Positions 33,353-43,114 of a stretch of 64,000 nt of DNA are shown here, piece by piece. The DNA is from Candidatus Gugararchaeum adminiculabundum (GTDB taxonomy: Archaea > Micrarchaeota > Micrarchaeia > Burarchaeales > Gugararchaeaceae), in the NCBI GenBank assembly GCA_902384795.1, contig CABMDC010000004.1, positions 68,725 to 132,724 on the forward strand. Reading direction: 5' to 3'. Each line of letters begins with the position of its first letter. Within the stretch, counting starts at the first letter, position 1. Position numbers and translations under genes: made by a program. The notes beneath the pieces were generated by a model. That model ran no database searches and had not been told where the DNA came from. It saw only the letters and a program-made list of their open reading frames with translations.

Positions 33353-33667
33353 TCAGCTGTTCAGCGCGTTGAGTTTGCCTACAAGCTCCCTAAACACCTT
33401 CTGCTTCTTTTCCCTTGTCAGTGAGAATAATGTCTTTGAGACCATGGCTTTCGAGATCGTGAACAGGTAGTTTAACTTTATCACGCTGTCTTTTATTGCC
33501 CCTTCTTTTTTAGTCAGGGTGATTCCACTCATTTCCAGATTGCTGGTTACTCCTGCAATGACCACTTTGTCGATTTCTTCAAAAAGCACGACCGCCGGCC
33601 TCATTTTGACTTCAAAAGTGTCGGTAAACTGGACTTTCGCAAGTATCACATCGCCGGGCTTAAGCAT
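33353..33667 (-). CDS. PemK/MazF-family toxin
   Basis: MLKPGDVILAKVQFTD..VKMRPAVVL..VIAGVTS motif. Confidence 0.88.
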   Translation of the reverse strand: MLKPGDVILAKVQFTDTFEVKMRPAVVLFEEIDKVVIAGVTSNLEMSGITLTKKEGAIKDSVIKLNYLFTISKAMVSKTLFSLTREKKQKVFRELVGKLNALNS

Positions 33668-33905
33668 GCTCCCAATCCTCGTCCTCTTTAGTGCCCCACA
33701 ATTCCTTCATTTTCTGCTGCTGAACCTTGTGCAGGAATTCGTCGTACTGGTTCCTGGTTTTCGCGCTCTTGAAAACATTGGCCATTTTGGAGATCAGCTC
33801 GTTGTAGGTCTGCCTCGGGTATTCGCGCATTTTTTTCAGCGAATCGACTACGGATTTGTCAAGCTGTATCGTGGTTACCGCGCTTGTCTTTTCCACTATA
33901 ATCAC
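33660..33905 (-). CDS. Antitoxin (RHH-like) partner of the PemK toxin
   Basis: TTIQLDKSVVDSLKKMREYPRQTYNELI beta-helix-helix pattern; acidic LWG..EDEDWE tail; overlaps the toxin start. Confidence 0.8.
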   Translation of the reverse strand: MIIVEKTSAVTTIQLDKSVVDSLKKMREYPRQTYNELISKMANVFKSAKTRNQYDEFLHKVQQQKMKELWGTKEDEDWEHA

Positions 33906-33913
33906 CTATAGTG

Positions 33914-33935
33914 TATATATAACTGGTTATATATA
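33914..33935. promoter_or_regulatory. Perfect palindrome overlapping the TA promoter (probable autorepression operator)
   Basis: TATATATAAC-TG-GTTATATATA immediately upstream of the antitoxin. Confidence 0.6.
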
Positions 33936-33943
33936 AGGCTTTC

Positions 33944-34780
33944 CTATTTCACATTCGCAATTTCTCTCAAAACCTCGGCGTGAATCTTGCCGTTGCTCGC
34001 GCAAATTTCCTTTGAATCGGGGTTGAGCGCATCCCCTTTCAGATCCGTGATTATTCCCCCTGCTTCTTCCACTATCACGCTCGCGCCGGCCCAGTCCCAG
34101 TATTCCCAGCAGGTTGCTGTCGCGGAATCAAACCTTCCTGCAGCGACATAGCACAGGTCCAATGCCGAGCCGCGGATACGAGTAGTTTTGGCTTTTGAGT
34201 AGAATGTTCCGACTAATTTCTTTCCGTATTCCAGAGCCGGAAGCGAAGTGTGGTGCGAGGTGCAGTAGACGCAGATGCATTTTTTCATGGGCTGCATTTC
34301 GCTCACATAAATCCTGTCCCCGTTCATGAACGCGCCCCTGCCCCTGCTCGCCGAGAACAGCTCGTTTCCGCAGGGCTTGTAGACCGCGCCAACGACTATT
34401 TTTTTGTTTATTTCAAGCGCAATCGAAATGCAGAAATAGGGAACGCCTCTTGAATAATTCATCGTCCCATCAAGCGGGTCGATAATCCACCTGTATTTGC
34501 TTCCGTTTTTGCCGAAGTTGCCGCCCTCTTCCCCGAGAACGCAGTGGTCAGGGAATTCACCTAGAAGAAGATCGGTCACCGCCTTTTCCGCTTTCTCGTC
34601 CACTTCAGTGACCACGTCATCGTTGAATTTCAGCCTGGGGCCGGTGGTGAGCTTGTTAAAGTGCTCGAGCTGGATGACCCCTCCGATTTTGCACGCCTTG
34701 ATCGCCGCCTGCTGGAATTTCTCCAGTTCTTTCTCATCGACCAACAGGTGTTCCTCAAGGGTTCTCTGGTGCTTTTCCAT
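33944..34780 (-). CDS. suhB: Inositol monophosphatase family protein
   Basis: VTEVD..AE, LGEE, WIIDPLDGTMNY, GSALDLCYVAAG, WDWAGA motifs. Confidence 0.92.
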   Translation of the reverse strand: MEKHQRTLEEHLLVDEKELEKFQQAAIKACKIGGVIQLEHFNKLTTGPRLKFNDDVVTEVDEKAEKAVTDLLLGEFPDHCVLGEEGGNFGKNGSKYRWIIDPLDGTMNYSRGVPYFCISIALEINKKIVVGAVYKPCGNELFSASRGRGAFMNGDRIYVSEMQPMKKCICVYCTSHHTSLPALEYGKKLVGTFYSKAKTTRIRGSALDLCYVAAGRFDSATATCWEYWDWAGASVIVEEAGGIITDLKGDALNPDSKEICASNGKIHAEVLREIANVK

Positions 34781-34839
34781 ATCTTATTTTTGTGCCGTAA
34801 TCTTTAAAACAAGGAAGCACTCCAAGGAATAGGATTCAA

Positions 34840-36072
34840 ATGGCAGGCGAATTGGGAAAAATCTGGGAAATGTTCAGGCGGGAGCTTTTGAGCACCAGGA
34901 AGAACACGCTGATTCTGCTTCTCATACTGATATTGCCCGTTTCCCTGGGGCTCATGTTCGGCACATTCAAGGAGATAGTGCCCACTGGGGCGCCGGCGAT
35001 AGTTGTGCCGGAAAACGCGAACACGACCCAGCATGATTTGGAGTATATCAACAGCATCTCGTCATTCTTCTCCAAGCCCACGATTGAGCAGGCCCCTGAT
35101 TTCAACAAGCTCTACCGCGAGGAGGCATACTATATAATAGAGGTCCCGCCAGGGACCAGCGTGCAGATCAAGAGGCTGGAGATTTTCGTTGACGCCTCCA
35201 TGTCCCCGGTTGCCGAGATAGCCGACCCCTATGTGAAGGAAATTTTCCTCTATGAATTTGAAAACCGGTGGAACGTCCACGGGATTGAAATAAACATCCA
35301 CAAGGTCGGGAGAAAGGTGATGCCCTTCGAGTATTTCGTTCCCGGGGTGATAATCACCCTGCTCGCGATTGTAGGGCTGATTGTGATTCCGTTCGCCACC
35401 TCCAAGGATGCGGATGTTTTCCGAAGGCTTTCCACCATGACCCGGATCGAGTCCATCGCCGCGAGCAAGATAATGTTCGCGCTTGCGCTGGCGTTTTTCC
35501 AGATTTTCCTTTTGCTCGCAACGCAGGTCTTCGCAGGCTCGCGCGGAAGCGATGCGGTTAATGCGATAACTTCCATGTTCACGCTCAACTTCTCGCCCAT
35601 GGGCGATTTGCTGGCAAACACCCAGCAATACGCGCTGATCAACGTCAGCCCTGGCACCATCTTGGTGATGCTCCTTTCCGCGATATTTTTCACTGCGGCC
35701 GGGCTGGCAATAACTTTCTGGACAAGATTCTCCGAGGCAGGGAAGCAGGCGAATGCGCTCCTGTTTGGCGGGGTGGTGCTCTTTTCCGGAGCATTCTACC
35801 CCATTGGATTTTTCCCTGCGCTTCCTGCGCAGCAGATTTTCGGCTGGATGTTCGAACCGGTGCGGGGCTGGCTCCTTTCCTGGGTGCCGACATTTTTCCA
35901 GAGTATTTCAAGGGTTTTCCCGAGCTATTATGCCACCATTGCGCTGCGGGGGTTCGGGGTCCGCAACCTGGCTTTCGGCGTTCTTCAGGATTATGTTTTG
36001 ATAATTGCGGTTTCGGCGCTCATTGCGCTTGGGATTTTATACTACAGCATTGTGAGACTGAGGAATGAGTAA
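34840..36072 (+). CDS. ABC-2 type transporter permease
   Basis: N-terminal TM, extracellular loop, EYFVPG, FSGAFYPI, multiple TMs; adjacent ATPase. Confidence 0.88.
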   Translation: MAGELGKIWEMFRRELLSTRKNTLILLLILILPVSLGLMFGTFKEIVPTGAPAIVVPENANTTQHDLEYINSISSFFSKPTIEQAPDFNKLYREEAYYIIEVPPGTSVQIKRLEIFVDASMSPVAEIADPYVKEIFLYEFENRWNVHGIEINIHKVGRKVMPFEYFVPGVIITLLAIVGLIVIPFATSKDADVFRRLSTMTRIESIAASKIMFALALAFFQIFLLLATQVFAGSRGSDAVNAITSMFTLNFSPMGDLLANTQQYALINVSPGTILVMLLSAIFFTAAGLAITFWTRFSEAGKQANALLFGGVVLFSGAFYPIGFFPALPAQQIFGWMFEPVRGWLLSWVPTFFQSISRVFPSYYATIALRGFGVRNLAFGVLQDYVLIIAVSALIALGILYYSIVRLRNE

Positions 36073-36816
36073 ATGGGCGAAACAACTACAACTCGAACCG
36101 ATGCAGGGGGGCGAACGGAAACGGAATACGCCGTAAGAATCTCCGGCATCGGCAAGCGCTATGGAAGCAGGCTCGCGCTGGACGACGTCTCGCTCAATGT
36201 GGAGAAGGGAACCGTTTACTGCATCGCAGGCCCGAACGGAAGCGGCAAAACAACCCTGCTCAGCATCATCGCTGGCGCGCTCAGGCCCTCGAAAGGGAGC
36301 GTGAAAGTTTCAGGGAGCGTCGGCTATGCGTTCCAGGTTCCCCGCCTTTTCGGGGACCTTACAGTAAGGGAGAACATGGAATTTTTCAGGAAGCTGACGC
36401 GCGATGGCAAGCGGGACGGCGAGGGATGGATGGAGAAATCCATGAAAATCCTTGAGCTTGATGAATGGCTAAACGTGCCCTGTGAAAGGCTTTCCTCAGG
36501 CGCAAAGAAAAGGGTCGAGCTGGGGATTGCGCTTTTGCAGGATCCGGAAATTTTATTGCTGGACGAGCCGACCGCAGGGCTGGACGTGGACTCGCTGGAC
36601 GAGGTTGTTTCCCTGGTCCAGAAATTAAAACAGGTCAAGACCGTAATCATTACGACCCACCAGATACGCGATTTCGAAAGGGCGTGCGACACGCTTTGCA
36701 TAATCCTTGCAGGAAGAAAAGTTTACGAGCGGAAAATAAATGAAATCGGAAAAGGGCAGCTGGAGCAGACCTACAAGGATTTCATCGGAAAGAGCAGGGG
36801 CAACGGAAAACAGTGA
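36073..36816 (+). CDS. ABC transporter ATP-binding protein
   Basis: Walker A GPNGSGKT, signature LSSG, Walker B LLLDEP, H-loop TTH. Confidence 0.95.
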   Translation: MGETTTTRTDAGGRTETEYAVRISGIGKRYGSRLALDDVSLNVEKGTVYCIAGPNGSGKTTLLSIIAGALRPSKGSVKVSGSVGYAFQVPRLFGDLTVRENMEFFRKLTRDGKRDGEGWMEKSMKILELDEWLNVPCERLSSGAKKRVELGIALLQDPEILLLDEPTAGLDVDSLDEVVSLVQKLKQVKTVIITTHQIRDFERACDTLCIILAGRKVYERKINEIGKGQLEQTYKDFIGKSRGNGKQ

Positions 36817-36905
36817 GCGAAGCTGATTCTTGGAAAAAACTAGGTTAGACAAATAAAAAAATAAACTAAAAAGAGAAAAAATAAAAAAAGAAAATAAATG
36901 GCTAC

Positions 36906-37952
36906 CTAGTTGTAGCCGGTTGAGCCGCTGTTGTAGCCGCTGCCTGCGCCGCTTGAGGCCGCCATCAGCGCCTGGAGATCCTGGATCTGCTGCTTGGTTA
37001 TCTTCAGGCTAAGCACCAATGTGTCTCCGCTTACGGATGTCTGCAGGTTCTTCAGAACAGTGGTCAGGACTTCCCCTCCCTGCTGCCCTTCCAATGCCTG
37101 CCCGTAGAGGGTTATTGTCGAGTCAATGACTTTCTTTGACTGGGTGGCATCTGCCTCGCTTCCAAGCTTTCCTGCAATAACGTAGGAGTAAGTGTCTCCG
37201 CTCTTGCTCATTGATAGCCCGCCTGCCTGCAATGACTTGAAGGACTGGAAGGATATTCCGCCCTGCGCGTCCGGCTGCTGCTTCAATGAAGCCTTTGCCG
37301 ATGCGGGCAATTCCGCAACAGCGATTATCATTGCGCTGGAATCGAGCTTGCCCCTTACGGCGGTCAAGGTTGCGCTGTTCATCGCCTTGGCCTTGCCCGA
37401 GGAAACATCCGCTATGTCCTTGGCAACTTGTTCGGTTGCGCCAACTGCAACAATGTCGCCCGGAAGGAATACCAAGCCGCCCGTGCCTCCCTTGGAGGTG
37501 TAGATGGATGCGGTCCCGTAAGTTGTTTTTGTGAATTCGGATCCGCCCTGTTCCTTGGCCTGCTTGTTCGCAGCCGCAATGAACTTTGCCTCGTCAATTT
37601 TTACCTTTGCGATAAAGCCGACATAGCCGGCCGAGCTTTGGTCATTCACGTCCATGAAAATTACCAGCTTGTCAACGGACAATGGGTCGACGCCCATGGC
37701 CTTGATCTGGGCCAAAGACTGCTCGTAATTAGTTCCGCTTGCAGCCATTTGCGCTTTGACCTCAGGGTCGTTCAACACGTCCTTGAGCTTGACCTCGACG
37801 TACGCGTTCGCCTTGGCAGGAATGAGCGATAGTGGATCACCGCTGCCGCCACTGCCTCCGCCTACGCCTGGAATTCCACCAGTGCATCCCAGAAGCAGTA
37901 TTCCTGCGACTAGGAAGATTCCTAAAATATGCGATTTATTCAACAAAACCAC
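36906..37952 (-). CDS. Lipoprotein, paralog 3 (core domain only)
   Basis: Lipobox LLLGC, Gly linker, core LIPAKANAY...ADATQSKKVID shared with the two upstream paralogs. Confidence 0.8.
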   Translation of the reverse strand: MVLLNKSHILGIFLVAGILLLGCTGGIPGVGGGSGGSGDPLSLIPAKANAYVEVKLKDVLNDPEVKAQMAASGTNYEQSLAQIKAMGVDPLSVDKLVIFMDVNDQSSAGYVGFIAKVKIDEAKFIAAANKQAKEQGGSEFTKTTYGTASIYTSKGGTGGLVFLPGDIVAVGATEQVAKDIADVSSGKAKAMNSATLTAVRGKLDSSAMIIAVAELPASAKASLKQQPDAQGGISFQSFKSLQAGGLSMSKSGDTYSYVIAGKLGSEADATQSKKVIDSTITLYGQALEGQQGGEVLTTVLKNLQTSVSGDTLVLSLKITKQQIQDLQALMAASSGAGSGYNSGSTGYN

Positions 37953-38116
37953 CCTCCTAAGTTGCTTAGCTTACTAAAAAAGGAAATATAAACATTCCCC
38001 TGGGCTTGGCAAAACTCGCGCTGTGGTAAAAAAAGATTAGAAAAAGGGAAAAACGGAAAAAGAAAGAAAAGAAAACGAAATAAGAAAAATAAGAAAAACG
38101 AAAAGAAAAAAGAAAA

Positions 38117-40282
38117 TTAGGACACTTTCCCTGTCACTGTTCCCACATTCATGTAGTCTAATCCGGTCCCGGTGTCGGTGTAGGTGATTTTCACAGCAAC
38201 TGAATACGGATCCCCTGTTGCCGGCGGGTTTGAGAATGTGCCGATGGGAAGAATCTTGGACTGCACGTCGTTTGCAAGGACGGTGGCGGGCGAGGAAGTG
38301 ATGGTCTGCGTTCCCAAGGTCGCCTCGATTTTTGTGATATTGACTTCGCCGCCTGCGTTGTTTTTCAGGTTCAGGTAAAACACTCCGGCAGGGTCGATTC
38401 TCCACCCGGTCGCACGAATGCTCAGGAATCCGGTTGCTTTTGAGCTTGCTGAACCGGAAGCGGTTGAGCCGCCATACACATCGGTTGGAGTCATGAGCCC
38501 TTCCAGCAGCGAAGGCAGTGCTTGAACCTGCTCCGGCCTGCTCGGGCTGATTTTGATGTTCACGAATCCGGATGCGTACTTCGCATTTTCAGGCGCGCAG
38601 TCAGGCGAATCAACGCAGTATTTCACGTAAACCACGCCAATGAAGCGCTCGCCCGCCTTCTGGTTGACCGCATCCCCGTAGGAGTACTTGCAAATTGCCT
38701 GCGGGTTTTGCGCGCTGGTGTCCGCATCTCCGTTTTCCGGAATCGGAATCGGCTCGGGGAAAACAGTGTCAATGTATTCCGATGACTGGTCGGCGCTCTG
38801 CGTGCCCATATTATAGACATAGAGCGTCCTGCACCCGTATCCCAAAAGATAGGCGGTGCCGTTGCCGGCATCATTGTTGCCGGTTTCCTCGTTCCCCAAA
38901 GCCAGAAGCGGCACAAGCTTCCGGTATTGAAGCGCAATGTCCAGTTTGACTGCGCCGTTTTCGGAATTTGCCGAAACGCCTTTGCAGCTTAGGTAGGAAC
39001 TTCCGAGCATCATTTCCGAGGCGGTCGGCGAAACACTGCAGAACTCGAGCTTGTCGAATTCCTGGAAAGCTTTTTCGAGCTGGGTTGAAACCTGCGCCAA
39101 ATCTCCCGGCGTCACGGTGGATTTCATCCACATGACCGAACCTTCTGATTTCACTTCAATCCTGTCGAGTATCCCTTTCATGTACTGGGAATCGGCTGGC
39201 ATTCTGACCCCTTCGGAGTAGAGAACCAACCCGGACTGGATTGTTTTCGCTGCGCGCTCGGCATTGGCATCTGCTGCGAACTTGAATGCCATGTCCAACC
39301 GCAATCCATCAGCCTCGGTCTTGTCAAACGAAATCCCATAGTGGGTGATGTTGCTCAACGGGCTCTGAGAGCCGGATTTGCTTTTGCTGGTGGAAGTTCC
39401 GAGATCGATTACTGGCACCTTGCCAACCAGATAGCCCCAGGAATCGGTTTTTAATTTTGCCTTCACCTGGTCCAGGCCTGCGTCGCCCAACGGCCTTGCC
39501 TTGCCATTGTACACGTCGATTATATCCTTGATTCCTTGATCGGAAAACGCGCCAATGACAAGGTTGTCACCAAGTGCGCCCATATAATAGGAGAACTGAA
39601 AATCAACCTTCCGGGTTTGGTTGTACGGATTTTCCATATTGAACTTCATGATAATTTTATAATAGGAAATTCCGCCATAGGATTTTTCCTCGGTATTCCC
39701 GAAAGTCATCATCTTTGCATAGGAGGCGGGCAGGGATTTGCTGATGAACTCGGTATAGTTCTTGCCCATGTACTGCTTCATGTTGCCGTCGTAAACATAG
39801 ATGAACCCCAGATTGGAATCCTGGTAAACCTTCAAAACACGGGTGATGGTTTTTTGGTAGTCGTCTTCCATGGAAGCCGAGACCGCGCTCGGATCTTTTC
39901 CTGCATATTCAGAGCTTATTTCCGCGCCCATCCGCACAATGCCATCGGCCAGCGACTGCGCATTCAGGAAAATAACCGCCTTTTTCGCAGTGGGGAACTG
40001 TCCTGTTTTTTTCGCATAGTAATCGAACTCTGTTTTAAAAGTCGGAATCAGGCGCGTCATCAGATTCATGAAGGTTTCGTCACTGCCGGTTTTTTCCATA
40101 TCAATTACTGCGTAGGTGTCCGCGGTCGCCGGAACCAGGAGCTCGGGATTTTTCTTGTAATCAGGAGTTCCGCCGATTCCCATGCATCCTGAAACCAGGA
40201 TCGCAGCCAGCGCTATTGCGAATAGCGCAATGCCCGCGCTGAATAATTTTGTTTTGTTTAATTTTTCCATGCGCATCACCAA
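38117..40282 (-). CDS. Lipoprotein, paralog 2, with C-terminal pilin-like domain(s)
   Basis: Lipobox LVSGC; core LVPATADTY...ANAERAAKTIQ; C-terminal TGFLSIRATGW..LNLKNNAGGEVNIT..ITYTD..GTVTGKV. Confidence 0.75.
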   Translation of the reverse strand: MVMRMEKLNKTKLFSAGIALFAIALAAILVSGCMGIGGTPDYKKNPELLVPATADTYAVIDMEKTGSDETFMNLMTRLIPTFKTEFDYYAKKTGQFPTAKKAVIFLNAQSLADGIVRMGAEISSEYAGKDPSAVSASMEDDYQKTITRVLKVYQDSNLGFIYVYDGNMKQYMGKNYTEFISKSLPASYAKMMTFGNTEEKSYGGISYYKIIMKFNMENPYNQTRKVDFQFSYYMGALGDNLVIGAFSDQGIKDIIDVYNGKARPLGDAGLDQVKAKLKTDSWGYLVGKVPVIDLGTSTSKSKSGSQSPLSNITHYGISFDKTEADGLRLDMAFKFAADANAERAAKTIQSGLVLYSEGVRMPADSQYMKGILDRIEVKSEGSVMWMKSTVTPGDLAQVSTQLEKAFQEFDKLEFCSVSPTASEMMLGSSYLSCKGVSANSENGAVKLDIALQYRKLVPLLALGNEETGNNDAGNGTAYLLGYGCRTLYVYNMGTQSADQSSEYIDTVFPEPIPIPENGDADTSAQNPQAICKYSYGDAVNQKAGERFIGVVYVKYCVDSPDCAPENAKYASGFVNIKISPSRPEQVQALPSLLEGLMTPTDVYGGSTASGSASSKATGFLSIRATGWRIDPAGVFYLNLKNNAGGEVNITKIEATLGTQTITSSPATVLANDVQSKILPIGTFSNPPATGDPYSVAVKITYTDTGTGLDYMNVGTVTGKVS

Positions 40283-40297
40283 ATTTCAACTGCAACT

Positions 40298-41707
40298 TCA
40301 AGTGCATTTTCCGATTAAATCCTTGTCCCCGATTTCCTGCTTTCCGAGAAGGTTCCTCGTATTGTAAGTGAACACCACGTGGTAGGAATAGGACGCGCCC
40401 GGGCTGCCGCAGATTACGCCCTCGCGGACCGTTCCGCTCACTGTTTTTCTCTGCCCTGCGGAAAGATTCGCATCGGTCAATCCGGTGAGCTCGGTTCCGG
40501 CAAAAGTTATCGAGGTGATTGTGATGTCCTCGTTCAGGACATTCTGCAAATCAAGCTGAGCAAACCCTGTCTCGCTGGAAACGGTGTAGCCCATAATGCT
40601 TATCGGAGTCATGCTCTTCCAGTAGAGTTTGCTCTGGTCCGCGGTTACAGAAGAGGATGGGGAGGGGCCTGCGAATGACGCATACAACAGCAAAATCTGG
40701 GCCACCCCTGCCGAGGAGTATTCCAGGCCTGAATCGTATTTTAGCATGACCACATCACCGCTGCTGGAGACGGACACGCTGGAAAGGATTGCCTCCAGCG
40801 CCGCCTTTTCAGTCTCATCGCGGGCAATCTGCGAAACCATGCCGCCTTCAAGAACAAGATTTCTTCCTGCATCCAAAACTTTCTGCGATTTGGACGCGTC
40901 GGCTTCGCTTCCGAATTGCATTGCGATTTCGCTGGTGAAAACTTTTCCGCCCTTCTTTGAAATGGACGCGCCAACCGCTTCCACTGAAGCAAAGGACTCG
41001 ATTGAAACTCCCTGGTAGGATTGGGAGGATGACTGCTTGAGCTGTGATTTCATGCTGTCCGGAATCGCCATGGCGACATAGGCCCAGCCATTGGAATCGA
41101 TTTTTCCTTTTACCCTGTCCAGCGCGGCATTATTCAAGGGCTTTGCGTTTCCCTTGTAAACATCGATCACGTCCTTGATTGACTGCTCGCTTCCAAGCAC
41201 CGTGAAACCGTCGCCAAGAAATGCGATGTGCAATCCCTGGGTTAGCGGATCCCAACCCTGATCATAGTAAATGCTGTAGCCATTGTAGGAAGTTTCCCCA
41301 AGGACCCTGCTGCCGGAACCCTGCTGCTTGAGATAGGAAACGAACTTGGAACCGTCAATCCCGCCTTTGATGATTAATCCGAAGTAGTTAGAATCTGAAG
41401 AATACTGCGCCTGGTTTGAATTCAGGAACAGGACCGCGCTCTCGATTTTTTCCAGGTCAATGCCCGCATCGGTGTATTGCTTCATCGCTTCCTCGTAGGC
41501 AGGCCCGCGGAATTGCGCCTTCACATCGGCATCGGCCATTATGTCCTTCACTTTCACGAGAATATAGCCATTGGCTTTTGCCGGAATCAGCGAGATTGCT
41601 TCTTTCGCGCTTCCACCGCTTCCGCCATTTCCTGCGCACCCAAAAAGCAAAAGTGCAGAAACCGCCATTACCAATAATAGACCGGATAACCGCCCACAGT
41701 TTACCAT
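40298..41707 (-). CDS. Lipoprotein, paralog 1, with C-terminal pilin-like domain
   Basis: Lipobox LLFGC; core LIPAKANGY...ADASKSQKVLD; C-terminal QSKLYW..PISIMGY..LQN..ITITSI..C..G..YSY.V.FTY..EIG.KDLIGKC. Confidence 0.75.
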   Translation of the reverse strand: MVNCGRLSGLLLVMAVSALLLFGCAGNGGSGGSAKEAISLIPAKANGYILVKVKDIMADADVKAQFRGPAYEEAMKQYTDAGIDLEKIESAVLFLNSNQAQYSSDSNYFGLIIKGGIDGSKFVSYLKQQGSGSRVLGETSYNGYSIYYDQGWDPLTQGLHIAFLGDGFTVLGSEQSIKDVIDVYKGNAKPLNNAALDRVKGKIDSNGWAYVAMAIPDSMKSQLKQSSSQSYQGVSIESFASVEAVGASISKKGGKVFTSEIAMQFGSEADASKSQKVLDAGRNLVLEGGMVSQIARDETEKAALEAILSSVSVSSSGDVVMLKYDSGLEYSSAGVAQILLLYASFAGPSPSSSVTADQSKLYWKSMTPISIMGYTVSSETGFAQLDLQNVLNEDITITSITFAGTELTGLTDANLSAGQRKTVSGTVREGVICGSPGASYSYHVVFTYNTRNLLGKQEIGDKDLIGKCT

Positions 41708-41778
41708 GGGGAGAGATGGGGAGTTAAAATTAATAAGTGAATACGCCCTAGTCTAGTTGCAATTGATGTGATGACACC

Positions 41779-42297
41779 ATGAAAGCACTATTCGTCGGAC
41801 GATTCCAGCCATTTCACAACGGCCACCTGAAAGCCATACAGCATATAGCAAAGGAGTGTGGCGAGGTGATTGTGCTCGTCGGAAGCTCGCAGAAATGCTA
41901 CGAAGTGCAGAACCCGTTCACCGTGGGCGAGCGCATTGAGATGATCGACCTGGCGCTCAAGGAGGCGAAGGTCAAAAACTACCTTATTCTCTCGATACCG
42001 GACATAGCCAACAACGCCCTGTGGGTGAACCATGTGGACTCGCTGGTGCCTCATTATGATGTGGTTTACTCCAACAATTCCTTGACGAAAAAGCTGTTCG
42101 AGGATGACGGGAAAACGGTGCGCTCCATACCCTTCCACGACCGGGCTGCCAACGACGGAACAAAGATCCGAAGATCCATGCCAAAAAATGACCAATGGAA
42201 AAAATTGGTGCCCCCTGCGGTGGCGAAATTCATAGTCAAAATCAAAGGGGTCGAAAGGGTTCGCTCCGTCGGAAAAACCGACAAATATACTGACTAA
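41779..42297 (+). CDS. nadM: Nicotinamide-nucleotide adenylyltransferase
   Basis: GRFQPFHNGH, GSSQ, NPFTVGER, GTKIR, WKKLVP. Confidence 0.95.
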   Translation: MKALFVGRFQPFHNGHLKAIQHIAKECGEVIVLVGSSQKCYEVQNPFTVGERIEMIDLALKEAKVKNYLILSIPDIANNALWVNHVDSLVPHYDVVYSNNSLTKKLFEDDGKTVRSIPFHDRAANDGTKIRRSMPKNDQWKKLVPPAVAKFIVKIKGVERVRSVGKTDKYTD

Positions 42298-42340
42298 GTA
42301 AAACGTAACTATTTATATATGGGAAAATGAAGTTCTAGTT

Positions 42341-42470
42341 GCGACCAAGATCGAAAGACGCAGAAGAGGCTGCTCAAACCCATCATCGACCGCACGCACA
42401 GGGTTTGGGCAAAGAGCTATCATGCTTCGATCGTCGCCCGGGGGCAAAACTCTAATTTTCGCCCCTCGGT
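42341..42470 (+). ncRNA. Candidate structured non-coding RNA of unknown family
   Basis: TTTATATA at 42312-42319. Nested stems GCGAC/GTCGC, GATCGAA/TTCGATC, GCTCAAACCC/GGGTTTGGGC, then hairpin GGGGCAAAA/TTTTCGCCCC and a pyrimidine tract. Confidence 0.5.
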
Positions 42471-42487
42471 CTTACTTCTTTCAACCC

Positions 42488-43054
42488 TTAGATGCCCCGC
42501 TTTCGCGACTCCATTATGCCGACAATCGCGTTGCGCGAGTAGAGCGCAATATTGCTGCTCCTCCGGTCGTTCTGGATTTCCTCGTTGAGTATTCTGTGCA
42601 GGCTGCCGTAGCCGCGCCTGTCGCCTGCAACATCAAGGAGCGGAATCAGGATCAGCATTTCATTTTCATCAGTTACAGCTTTCAGTTCTCCGAGCATCTT
42701 GATAACATTGGGAACCGCCAGGTTGCGCGCCTTTTTCAGGTCTGCGGACGCGCCCTTGTTCTCAGGATAGAACCGGGGATCGTCCAGGTAATTCCGTTTT
42801 GCGTATTTTATGGAGCGGAATACCTTGTCGATTTCGTCTCCTGCTTTTGCTTTTTCGCCCGAATCAGAAGCCGATTTAAGCGTGATCATTGCCGCCCTTA
42901 ATTTTATGATATTGTTCGATTCCTGCTTTCTGCGGAGATGGATGAAACCGTTTTCATTCAGCGCAGGCTTGAAGAAAGCTGAAAGGTGCGATTTTAATTG
43001 GGAGACAACTGGAGATTGCCTTGCCCTAGTTACTATTGCCATGTCATTTGCCAT
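42488..43054 (-). CDS. Hypothetical protein, paralog of 43115-43690
   Basis: MANDMAIVTRARQSP..HLSAFFKPALNENGFIH..ARNLAVP; HEAT-like end (AGDRRG...ARNAI-like). Confidence 0.75.
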   Translation of the reverse strand: MANDMAIVTRARQSPVVSQLKSHLSAFFKPALNENGFIHLRRKQESNNIIKLRAAMITLKSASDSGEKAKAGDEIDKVFRSIKYAKRNYLDDPRFYPENKGASADLKKARNLAVPNVIKMLGELKAVTDENEMLILIPLLDVAGDRRGYGSLHRILNEEIQNDRRSSNIALYSRNAIVGIMESRKRGI

Positions 43055-43114
43055 GTTATAATAAGTGGGGATTGATACTTATAAAAGTATGGTTGCGCGG
43101 GAGCGGTTGCCTAA

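Noticed and set aside
38030-38116. Long A-rich tracts (also 3300-3370, 36850-36900; T-rich at 29290-29320, 30625-30680)
   Set aside because: They are oligo-T terminator regions downstream of genes on the corresponding strand; the FFLF-rich ORFs over them are spurious.
42341-42470. 5S rRNA, SRP RNA or C/D-H/ACA guide
   Set aside because: It lacks CCGAAC and loop E, the SRP GGAA helix 8, C/D boxes and an ACA tail; kept as an unknown ncRNA candidate.
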